This document shows positions 50,601 to 62,900 of a stretch of DNA of 64,000 bases, piece after piece (the stretch's first letter is position 1; every line of letters begins with the position of its first letter). The position numbers were made by a program, and so were the translations under genes. The DNA comes from Felis catus. Taxonomy: Eukaryota. The DNA lies in contig NC_058368.1 of assembly GCF_018350175.1 (NCBI RefSeq), forward strand, positions 156,366,001 through 156,430,000. Direction: 5' to 3'. The notes beneath the pieces were generated by a model, which was not told where the DNA came from, searched no databases, and was given only the letters and a program-made list of their open reading frames with translations.

Positions 50601-53600
50601 AAAATTTTGTCAGCAAGAAAAATAGGTTGGGATGGCTGACTTTGTCTATCTCATGACATTTTCATGGGTAATCCGAACATAATTGTTGGGAGCAAGTGAT
50701 TTAGGTAGATGTAAGTGAGATGAGAATTGTTAGGTGAATTTTTTCCACAGTAATTATGTTTTATGGTATGTGTACTTAAAAAGCTTTCCAAATCTCTTTG
50801 GTAACTTCTTAAATCCTTAGAGTTTTGTTTGTAAAGTCAAGTTACATTATAAAAATTAATTTCTTTTAAAAAAATGTCTTTTTTAATGTTTATTTTTGAG
50901 AAGGAGAAACCGAGCACAAGTGGGGGAGAGGCAGAGAGAGACAGACACAGAATCTGAAGCAGACTATAGGCTCTGTGCGGACAGCTCAGAGCTGACAGCT
51001 CACAGCCCCTGATGTGGGGCTCAAACTCACAAACCGTGAGATCATGACCTGAGCCGAAGTCGGATGCCCAACGGACTGAGCCACCCAGGTGCCCCCTTTT
51101 TTTTTTTTTTAATTTTTTAAAGTCTATTTATTTTGAGAGAGAGCATGCAGGCAGGGTAGGGACGGGGGGGGGGGGGGGGGGGCGGGGAGAGAATCTCAAG
51201 CAGGCTCCGCAGTGTCAGTGAAGATGTGGGCCTCAAACCCACAAACTGGGATACTATGACCTGAGCCGAAATCAAGAGTTGAATGCCACCCCAACACCCT
51301 GGTAGAAATTCATTTCTAAATAAGATGGAAATACTAGATCATTTCTAAATAAGATAAAATACTACAACATTAATTACCGTATAAAGTTTTATCCCCTTTT
51401 GGATTCACAGAGGAACTAAAGATATTTGGTGTGTTAGTAAACTTGTCTTTTGTCACTTTGGCAAATTTACTGTGAGGAACAATATATTTCTAGAAATTAT
51501 GGAATGTGTTCAAAATTTCTTGGTAATGCTACAATTGTCTACTTCTTAGTTTTTACTAGAAATTAACATTTCTAAGGGTTAAGAATTTTATTTAATATAT
51601 GTAAATAAGAATACTGGAAATAATAGGGGTGATAACTGCATGCAAGGAACAAGTCGAGTTTCTGACTAAGAGAAGGTATGAGGTATGGAGATGTGTTTTT
51701 GGTAAGAGAGAAACAAGTAATTTTTTCCTAATTGTTTCAGAATGGGAAGGAGAGAGAATTTTACCTTCGAGGTCAAGTTGGCTAAAGTTAAATGAATTTA
51801 TTATGAGGGTTTTACAAAATAACCTTTGAGGTCAATAATGTACTTACATTTAAGTACAACTGAAAATATTATTTCATCTGCTAAAATGACAAAGTTTTCT
51901 TGGACCATCCGATTTTCTTTCAATAATGTGAAAGGTTTTTATTCACCTTTTAAATAATCTGCCTAGGAAACAACAATTCTGTGTGTTATCAAAATAATTT
52001 CCTCTGTTGTCTTAACAAGTTTTTGATTACTTAAGAAAACAGAGTGTTCTCTATTGCCAAGGTGTTTTGTTTTTTGTTTTTTTTTTTTTTTCTGGCTACT
52101 TGAATTTCTATATTTGAGTGCAAAATCTTTGTCACTTTGGTTAAGTTATCTCACAGTGGCTTATGATACTGTTTGACCAAGTGTTCTAAAATCTTTTTTT
52201 TTTTTTTTTTAATGTTTATTTTTGAGAGACAAAGAGAGACAGAGCACAAACAGGGGAGGGGCAGAGAAAGAGGGAGACACAGAATCCGAAGCAGGCTCCA
52301 GGCTCTGAGCTGTCAGCACAGGGCCCAATGCAGGGCTTGAACTCACAGACCGCAAGATTGTGACCTAAGCCAAAGTCAGATGCCCAACCAAAGGAGTCAC
52401 CCAGTCTCCCCTAAAATCTTTTGATACTCTAACAAACTTCTCAAAATCGAATTCTAAAGCCGTTTGTGACTTCGAAGTAAATTTGCGATTTTGCAAAGGA
52501 TCCCTGGAGTATTGCAAAAGAGACATTCTTTCTCCTTGTCAAATGTGCATTTCTGAACAAATTAGGTTTATTTGATAAGTCACATGGGAAACACTGTCAA
52601 ATAAGAAGTAATACTTAAGCCTTCTTTATGTTGTTTTTCTATAGTTGTATGTAAGTGTTCCAAAAATAATATAAAATTCCCAGAAATGTGATATGTGCTG
52701 GTATAATGTTGTCACTTGTAATTCTAGTCTTCATTTTTTTTTTTTACTTTTTTAACATTCATTTATTTTTGAGAGAGAGAGAGAGAGAGAGAATGAGCGG
52801 GGGAGGGGCAGAGAGAGAGAGAGGGAGACACAAATCTGAAGCAGGCTTCAGGCTTCGAGCTGTCAGCACAGAGCCTTGATGTGGGGCATGAACCCATGAC
52901 CATGAGATCATGACCTGAGCCAAAGTCAGACACCCAACTGACTGAGCCACCCAGGCACCCCATTCTAGTCTTTACCTTAAGATGTGTGCCAGAGAGATAA
53001 CCAAATAACCAGGGTTGTATATTGTTTCTCATAATTTTAAGATCATACCATTTAATTGGGTAAGGATTTGCAGAACTCTGATGGAGAAACATCATTTCCT
53101 AAAACTGCAAACATAAGATCCTGATCAATAAGCATTAATTTTATGGGACTGAATGGACTAATGAGGATGACTGTAATTTTTATAACTTTTTGTTTGAAAC
53201 ATTACTGTTTTTTAATGTTATGTTTTTCCACTTTTAAGGAAACTTTATAACAAACTGGTCAAGTATACTTTTGTAAGCAAAGACAAAACCTTAACCTTTT
53301 CTCCCTACCTGATCTCTCTGGAACTCAGAAACTTCTTAGTATTCTTATTTTCATGGCAGTATGGTTATTTGCATAAGTTCGATAAGAATCGGTTCTCCTT
53401 GTAACAAGACACAATTGGATACATTGGTTATGTTGCCAAAGTTTTGGCTGGAATGTCATATTTGAGAATGTGCATAGAATCGCATTATGACCAGACAGCT
53501 TTAAGGAACTAAAGCGGACTTCATGAAGCCATTAAATCCCCTTGGAAAAACAGCCTGGTACCTTGCTTTCAGGATTCCCAGCAGCCTTACCAGCTAAACA

Positions 53601-56600
53601 AGGTCACTTCCTAGCAGGCTCAGAAACCTTGGGATATTTTGGAGACCTCAAGAAAAGAGGAATTTATCCACGTCTATAGGTATAGCAGGCAAAGTCTTAA
53701 TAGCAGGAACTTTGCTTGGCTTCCTAGCCTCAAGAGTCTTTTGAAAGTTGAATCAGAGTCATGCCTGGCTGGCTCAGTCAAAGGAACATGAACTCTTGAT
53801 CTTGGGGTCATGAGTTCAAGCCTCATATTGGGTGTTAAGATTACTAAAAAAAAAAGAAAAGAAAATTAACTTTTTAAATCATAAAAAATAAAAGGTCAAT
53901 CTGAGATTCCTTATGAAAAGTTCCAGCAGATTTAAAAGAGCCTGTATGGTCAATATCTATTCTTGCCGCACTTATGTAAATAATCAGCCACGTTTACTAG
54001 ACTTCATTTGCAAATGAATTTGTCTCATTGTGGTTATATTTGATAAAATGAGGGTGACTGTAGAAAGAAAAATTGTTTCCATAATACACTTTTATGGATA
54101 TCAGATCCTGTTTCTGTTAATTGCCTTTGAGGTCCTGTTTTATACCTGTAAACTGGACTAGATGCTGAGTTCTTCTAGTTCCCTCCAATATTTGGCTATA
54201 ATTCTCCAAACTGACATTTCTAAGTTTTTTTCCCCACCTTTCTGACTTGGAATTGTTGAGAACTGAAATATCCCTTTTCCTGAAGCTGTGCAAGCAAAAG
54301 CTGGATAGCTTGATATAAACTTTATAGAAATTACCACAGCAGCTCCTGCATGGACGGTCTTCATACCTAATGCTATATGGCCACTCAGAAAACTCACCAG
54401 AGACATTCACACTGCAAACGAGGAAAATCTGTCAGATTGCCACTGCCTGCACTTGTTCAGTCTGAAGGTGTTTTGAGCCAGACATCTAGAAATCTTGACT
54501 GGCTGCCTTCACAACTTAGAGATTTAGATTATAGTCTGTCCCAGCCATTAACTTTTGCTTCCACAGAAATAACCTTAGTAAATTCCGGATTGTACAATGT
54601 AAGCCTAACTTTGGGAGCACACCTGTATTACTACCTCCTGAAATGAGACACAACTCTTTTCATTGAACTGACCAGTTCTCAGGGCTAAGAGACTGGTTCA
54701 GTGAGATGGAGCAATCTATCAACTCACCTTCTAGAATGCTAAACTTCTTGGGAAGTTTCAAAGGCTAGACTGAAGGGGAGAAAAATATGCCACCCGAGAA
54801 TGTGTCACTTTGGCAGGTGGATTATTTTGCACTAAAGATAATCAAGTATCCAAAGACTCGAGGGGCGCGTAGGTGGCTCAGTTTGTTAATTATCTGGCTC
54901 TTGATTTCAGCTCAGGTCATGATCTTGCATTCATGGGTTCGAGCCCTGCATAGGACTTCACATTGACAGTATGGAACCTGTTTGAGGTTCTCTCTCTTCC
55001 CCCCTCTTTCTGCCCCTCCCACACGTGTGCTGTCTCTCAAAATGGATAGAGGGTTTGGTCCTGAAAGAGAAATATCAGCAGAGGTAACTATAAAGAGTCT
55101 AAGCTAGGAGTGGTGAGCTAGGGCAAGTTTAGCAAAGCCTATTTGTTCAGATTCCTCTCTGTGTCCCATTGTCTCTGTATAGCATGTCAAATATTTGTTT
55201 ACCAAACATTTGCTTTTCCCATCTTCTGTAAATTGTCTTCCTTCCCTGTGACCCCTACCTCCATTCTCCTTAACTAGGATGGCATGTAAACCTTAATTAC
55301 CTCATGTATATGAGGCTCCCATATGAAAGGAATTAAATTTGTTTTCCCTATGTTAATTTTTCTTATGTCAATTTAATTAATAGACCCGCCAAAAGAACCT
55401 AGAAGGGTAAAGAAAAAAAAAGTTTTCTCCCCTACAGGAGTGAATCTGCCATATTGTATAATATCACAACTTTTTTGTCCTGTTTTAATTTTAGCTCTTT
55501 TAGCATCTTGTTGATTGGTCTTGTTTATTCTTTATATTCCATTCTGTTACTTATACAGAAAGTATCAATGGAGAATTCATAGCATCAAATAGATTATTTT
55601 ATGTGGCAAATAGTCCTTTATTACTTTCAGTTCTTGTGTATATTTATGCATTTCCATGTTATTGGAAAACTTGAGGTTTTTGGTAGAAAAGATTTGAGGC
55701 TCTTGGTGTTTCATTTTGGTTTTGTCATTTAAAATTATAGCCCCCTCCCCTATTTCCTATATAGTAGATGGGTACAGACTTCTAACGATGTCCTCATACA
55801 TTCTCTTGTCTTACATTTTCCTTTCCTTTACATTTACTCCTCCTCCGCAGTGATAGGATTCATGGATGTTGTCAGGGGAAAGGGCCTAATTTCTTTCTTC
55901 CTGTCATCTCAAATTAAATAATATATGTGTCCATTAAAAAACCAAGTACTGGTTCGCCAAAGACAACCCTATTGTGTGAAGATATCTTTACATTAGTTGG
56001 AAAATATAGTGATAAAATCCTATACCTATCTATTCATATATCATCTCTCTGTTCATGTGTGTGTGTATCTAATTTCAAAACTTTTATTTAAAATAATAAA
56101 AATTAATGATTGTTTCAAATGTGAGAACATGCACCATAAAAAAAATAAAATTTCTAATTTCTTGAAAGACAAGTATCATCTTAGGAGTATCGTCTGTTTT
56201 TTTGTGCTTTAAAATCATATGGATGAATCTTACTGGTGTAGGAGTCATCATTTCAATGAATGACACCCATGCAGAAATACTCTGTAGAAAGAAGTTTTAT
56301 AGGGTGTAGCAGTGTAGCAATAACTATTTTTATTTCTCTTGCTTTGTACAGACTTTTCTTCACAGGAATTAGAGATTTTCATTTGTTCCTTTTCCTCCTC
56401 CTGGCTTCAAATGTTTGTTGCAGAGGCAGTCTTTAAAAAGTTGTGTTCACAGAGTTCCATCAGCATTTCTTCTGAGCCACTCTCTCTCCAAAAAATGGTA
56501 AGCACCAGTCTGTTCTAGTTCTTCTAATTGCCAAAAGATGACTTCATAAATTCAACTTTAAAATGTTTTTGTTATTTCTAATAATTGGGCAGAGCTTATT

Positions 56601-56892
56601 AACTATAAATCTTACAAATTTATATAAATCTATATAACCTTTCAATTCTGTGTAAGAGTGGGTATTTTCTACCTTGAAAATGAAGTGATTAGTGAATAGA
56701 AATTTTAATTACGTATTTGAGAGTAATTAAGGATTGATAACAGAAAAATAATACAAAAATCTTTGTTTCCTTGCCATAGCACATAAAATAATAATTTCGG
56801 AAAGATGTAGATCCAAAAAAATTTTATGTAGTATTTAATGATACTTAAAAAGCAAAATGTGTCATTGATGCCACAAGTTATTCCTCTTTATC

Positions 56893-56937
<45 letters not shown>

Positions 56938-59903
56938 CGCACACACACACACACATACATAAGCTGCGTTTGATTCAAGGTTTTCCAGTTTTATCTTGTC
57001 TGTCTTTAAGATCTACTGTCTTCGGTTTCTTCAACAAATGAGAAACATGCTTGTTTATTGATCAAATTGGGCAAATACTGTTTTGCAGCAATCCTTGTCT
57101 TCACTGACTTTTGCTCTTCTTATTCTACTTATTCCAGACTTGTTTCATGTCGAAGGAAGGCATTACCAAAGTGGAAATGACAAAATACTGGTTGTACATA
57201 AACCATAAATATTTAAAATATGCAAATGAACTATAACAAGTTGAACATTAGGCTAATCAGAAGAACTTTGCTAAATGAGCATCAAAAGTGAATTTGAAAA
57301 AATAGTTACTTTCAAGAAGATGTTTTTCTTTTTACGTATGTCATATTAATGACATGGAACTAGCGGCTTTCTTAATATCTTGGCATGTTCAAATGAGAAA
57401 GGGTAGCAACCATAGTGATTAAAACAAGAAAATATAAACTAATGGTGAAATGAATCAGATAATTTCTTTTTAATGCTTTTCCAGGTCTTTGTAGTTGAGA
57501 AAGCATTATAATATTATTTTGCAACAGGTGTATTCCTATTTGCCAGCTTTGGGGAAGGCTGGTGTGCATGGGGCTGGAAAGATACAGATATCAAAGAAAA
57601 TAGGACAGCGGCCTTGCCTTGAATCTCAGAGAGCCTTGTTAATGCTGAATGGTGCGAAACAGAAACAAGTGGAAGGGCTGCCAGAATTACCGTAAGTGAT
57701 GGTCATGTATCAACCTTTTTTTTTTTTTTTTTTAAGTACGGCCCTTTTTTGGACACATTAAGTCTTAAACTTAATACTTACCTGTGATGTTGTCTGAATT
57801 ATACTGAGTAGCACATAACTCAGTTTGAGATGTATAAATAAATACATATGATCAACATTATTACTTTCTTTAATGCAGGGTATATGTTTTATATTAAGAG
57901 CAAGTGCTTCCCAAAAGAAATAAAACTGTTTTTCAAATTCTTTTACACCATTTTTGCCTGTGATTTAAATTACCACTTGTATATATAATATGATAAAGAT
58001 AGGATTTCAGAATCTATAGTCATGTAGGATACTCTGAATTGTTAACAGTAGCTTTCCCCAAGTGAGATACCTCTTCTAAAAGTTTACTGTATAAAATTCA
58101 GAAAACCTTAAAATGTTTTTAGAAAGAATAGGATCAGAATATGAAAATAAGAATGGGGAACAAGGGTCTGCATTTGGATCTTAGCGCTTGGCTTTTTTTC
58201 TCTCTGCCAAATGTAGTTTACTTGGTCTCTTCCTCTACGTGACAGTCCACATTCATAAATTTTTCAGTGGGCAGTTCGGGGTACCATGTTATTAAAATAA
58301 GAATTAATGCATGAAAACTTATTTCTGTACATGTGAAATAAATATTGAAAAAAAATAAGCAGTAAAGACGTGAATGAATAAGGGTGGGGGGGTTAAATGA
58401 ACAGGGGGCTGGATTTTTGAAAGTACTCAGTATGTAATGTACACTGCCATACCTTGGTGAAAAACCAGCTTTCATTTTTTTTTTCTTTATTTTCAGAGAG
58501 CTGAACCTTGCTAAATGTTCCTCATCGTTAAAAAGATTGAAAAAGAAGTCAGAAGGAGAATTATCATGTTCCAAGGAGAATTGCCCCTCTTTAGTTACAA
58601 AGATGAATTTTCACAAAACTAATCTAAAAGGTATTCCAAGTATCTAATTTATGCTAGGAACTTCTCATGGTTGTAGTCAGTATTTGCAAGTTTTACGCAC
58701 TGGCCCTGATGAATACTTGAACTTGACTAGGTCCAGAAAATACCTTCTTAGCATATTATTTTTTTGAACTGTCATTTATGCACAGAAAGTGATTGTTTAA
58801 TACTCAGTATAATAGAATATTCCTCCCTTTCTTTTTTCCCCCTGCCTCTCCAGATATTAACTCATATTGAGCTCATTCCAAATTTGCCCGCCTTACTTTT
58901 CTATTCCACCTCAACCTGTGCAGCTTGGGATTAGACTCTTTTGATTTGAAAGTATAATTCAGTCTTCATCTCTCTCAGTCCTAGACATTTTGTGAACAAA
59001 GAATGGGGAGTAGTCTATGTTACATAGCTGTGTTAAGCATATGGACTCTTTTCTCCCAGGCATTGAGCCCAGACTATGAAATGTGTTTGGCTTTTGGTTC
59101 TGACTATACTGGAACCTAAGTACCTAAAGGATGGAGTTACAAGAATAGTGCTGTAATAATTCACTTCGGCACCTCTTTCACTTAGTGACCTCTTAACTAA
59201 AATAGAAGACTCTTCCAAGAGTCTGTACCTGGCCAAAGAAAATTGCGCAGTCTCTTGACACAGAGCTGTATTGTGCTTTTAATACACAAATTTTCATTAG
59301 GACACCAATGTGAACAGTAACAGTGAAGCTCTTTTAATCCTTCAACATGAATAAAAGTTCATAATTGCATTTCATGTATTTAAAATAGCTGCCCATTTAG
59401 CTCAAAATGTGAAAAATGTATTAAAGGAGAACTCCAATATTAACTGCACAAACAGTGTCCTTTTTCTTTGTTTATTGTGTCAGAAAGTAAAATGAATATG
59501 AATGACTTTAAGCTGAACAGCAGAGGGAACTGGGAGGGAGGAAGAGAACTGAGAAATAATAGAGGAAAAAAAACTTCAAAAGCTTTTCAGTGCATGTAAA
59601 AGAGATGTTTTGGTAGAAGTTACAGAGATAATCTATAAAATTGAATACTAAAAATATGCTATTTAGTATCTTATATCAAGAAAGAGTTTGATTATTTCAT
59701 TTGTTTTCTAGACAGTCGCTTATTAAAAGTTTTTTTAATTCCAGTTACATCAAATTATCACTACGTCTTATTAGTCTTGGTTACAACAGAGATGGATATG
59801 GACACTTTTAGCCAGCAGGCATTAATTGCATCCCTCCTAGAAAAAACTTTACCATTTCATTTGTCACTCTGTTTCAGCTTTAAATGGTACTAGGATTTTT
59901 TTT

Positions 59904-59951
<48 letters not shown>

Positions 59952-62900
59952 ATATTAAGATTCCCCCATTTCTCCTTCTCTGTGCTGCTGTAGCCAAGCC
60001 AGACAGCCTATTGAGAAGCAGCAAACCATCTGTTAATGGATTTGAAGTTCTGAATTATACTTGAGTGTGTAGAGGCACTCGTGCTTAGCCAGAAACATTC
60101 ATTTGAATTAAGCTATAAATGCTGTATAAAAAAGAGCCATACATTTAACGTAGGTTCATGAATAAATTTAAGAGAGGGCAATTGCACTCTAAACTTTTAT
60201 TGCCGCAAAACCCAGTATTTTTGGTGTTCTCTGATCATTTGGAGCTTTTATAGCGGGATTGAAGCTTTAAACCTTGAACTAGGGGGAGACAATGCCTGTA
60301 TTAAACCTTTTGCAGTAGAATTTCATTGCTGAATTGCTGATAGAACAGAAGCTCTATGGATTGGTGGGTATCCCTCCCCCTTCTTTTTCTTAATGCGAGA
60401 AATGTTTAAACCAGTCAAAAGGAAAACTCAATAAATAATTTTCTGGCATGTGGCCAGATCTCCTAGTTCATGCCCTTTGATTATTTTCTTTAGTTTATAT
60501 CTTGTCTTCTCTGGAATAATCTATTAATTTTTTATGGCAGGAGAAACAGCCCTCCATAGAGCTTGCATAAATAACCAAGTGGAGAAATTGATTCTTCTTC
60601 TCTCTTTGCCAGGAATAGACATCAATGTTAAAGGTAAGTTTTCCATTTTTGTGGTCTGATCCAGTGTCTTAATATTTGTGGTATTAAATGGTTTTATGTC
60701 AACATTAAGAAAAATCATTTAAGTTTCTTTACCTAACATATCTTTAAAATATTACCAGTTACAAAACCAAGAAATTAGTGATTAATAGTGCAGAAACATT
60801 TTTTGTCCATATTTTGATAAGATCTCAAAATCCATATTTTAAAACTGTTTTATGTTCTTACAGTTAGAAATATGACTATGTGTTAGACATTTTTATCAAA
60901 GCATGCTGTTTCTATATGAAGCATCTAGAAAGTCACACTGATAAAGGAAGCAGAATATCAGTACTTCACTACCAAAAGTCCTACTTTTGCTGTTCTAAAA
61001 CTTGCCTTGATTTCTAATTTAGACAATGCTGGCTGGACGCCTTTGCATGAAGCCTGTAACTATGGCAACACAGTGTGTGTCCAGGAAATTTTGCAACGTT
61101 GTCCAGAGGTAGATCTGCTCACTCAAGTGGACGGGGTGACTCCTTTGCATGATGCACTGTCAAACGGACATGTAGAAATTGGCAAGCTGCTACTACAGCA
61201 TGGGGGTGAGTGCATTTATGCTAAACGGGTTTTGATAAATTATCCAGTTTTTTGATGAATCCCTTAAAGGTAGACAGCATTTTATGTTTAAGATCTGTAA
61301 GGAAAGATGCCTTTATTTCATATTAGTGAAAAAGATAAAAAATCTCCTAGAACATAAGCACCTTTTATTTAATAGGGGTGCATTTTCATAATCCATAAAT
61401 ATTTATTTATTTTTATTAATTATAAAGCCTATTAGGTTTGTATATGAGGGTGTATTTTCAATTGAATGTGTTGATTTTAAATATTAATCCTTTTACTTAA
61501 ATTGTGTAATGTCTTTGTGAACCAGCCATTTCTGAAAGCTTATTAATAAAAGAATGTAAATGTTCCATTTTGATTACTTGGATTTTTCATTCTTGTTTCA
61601 TTTCTTGTATGTAGCTGCTAACGCGATTAATCTTTTTTTTTTTAATCTTTTTTTTAATGAGTCATTTCTTTACAGACTATAAAAAAAGATAACCTAGAAT
61701 ATCTTTTCTTCATTCATATTTTGCAGTCACTTAAGTTACAGTAGGAAGCTTTTTTTCAAATGATGTAACTGTTGTGCAGGGGTTTTGTGATGGAGATAAC
61801 TTGAGCTTAATACTCATCTGCTTTTTCTAATTTTTGATTTCTGCATTTCAGATAGCACCTCCAACCCCCTCTTAAGTGAAGTTCTTCTTATATCTGAACT
61901 GAATAGTATACACTGTAGGTTAAATTTCACAGATAACTGGTTTGTGTTTTACAAGAGAAACAAAGGAAAAGTGATGACTAGCTTGTAATGCAGAAATAAA
62001 AATTTGTGCTAAATTTCCTGTGACTTTTATTTGTGCTAACTTTAAAATTATTTTCTCTTATAATTAAAGCTGTTTCATTTTGCATGAAAGTAAAAAGCAT
62101 GTTTTCTTTAGGTGTCTTTCACCCCCTTCCCTCCCCCCCCCAATATATACCCATAAGTGAATGGTTGTATAGCTTGGTAGCTTAAGCAATTTGGTTATTT
62201 ATAGTCTTCTCCTGCCCCCTAAAGGCCTTAGTGTGTCTGTTTTAGTGACACCATTTCATAATCAATATGTGTTTCAGTTCTTCCACTTTTTTTTACTATT
62301 ACATGTTTACTAAACTATAATGTTCTGTCTCCTAAGTGCTTTATTTTTCTACTCAATCACGTATGTGACATTCGAAGCCAGTATTTGGCCTTGCTTCAAA
62401 TGATATAAGCGATGGTAGAGCCATTATTGTATTAAGTCCAGCTCTTTGGAAGAGAATGGGATTATACTGACCAAAGTGAATTTTTCCATGGCTCTTGGTG
62501 AAGAATAGTAAATGTATGAGTTTATTGTCATAAGAGAGGAAATCTACTTGTAGGTGAATTTACCACAGCCCTTTCACAGTCACACTTGCACTTACCTTTC
62601 CCGTAGTCATATTCTGACTTTGGATCTGTCAGATGGTTTAACACCATCATTATAGTAACTACATTAACTCTTCATTATGAGTTACCCAGTGTTGAGAGAA
62701 GTAATTTCAAGAGTTTACTTACATCTCTAAAGCCTTTGTTTACTTTTGGCATCTTGGGTCTATAATTTTCTTGTATTTTTTTTTTAAGAGGGAATCATTT
62801 GGTGCAGTTTTTTGAAATAAAACATAATGACGAGACCTACCTAATTTTGATATAGAATTCTCTTTTTTCCATGAAATCAATCACATATTCTCATTGGCTG

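Larger units (their letters stand above)
46212..55436 (+). mobile_element. ERV1 MER34-like provirus with two LTRs and a decayed gag, no recognisable pol/env
   Basis: Direct repeats 46212-46669 and 54771-55436 share aatatgccaccc...ttggca..tgg.ttattttg and gccaaaagaacctagaagggt...ctcccctaca; near-TSD gtag/ggag. Confidence 0.88.

Noticed and set aside
51164..51188. G-run as a functional G-quadruplex
   Set aside because: It lies in the hypervariable tract of a SINE, and homopolymer length may be an assembly artefact.
3943..53095. Recurrent [28 protein letters not shown] family
   Set aside because: These are conceptual translations of Can-SINE copies, not a protein family.
61007..61255. Ankyrin ORF ([11 protein letters not shown]) as BARD1 or TONSL, or as a standalone gene
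   Set aside because: It is an internal exon. The flanking exons and the BRCT-first domain order match SLF1.
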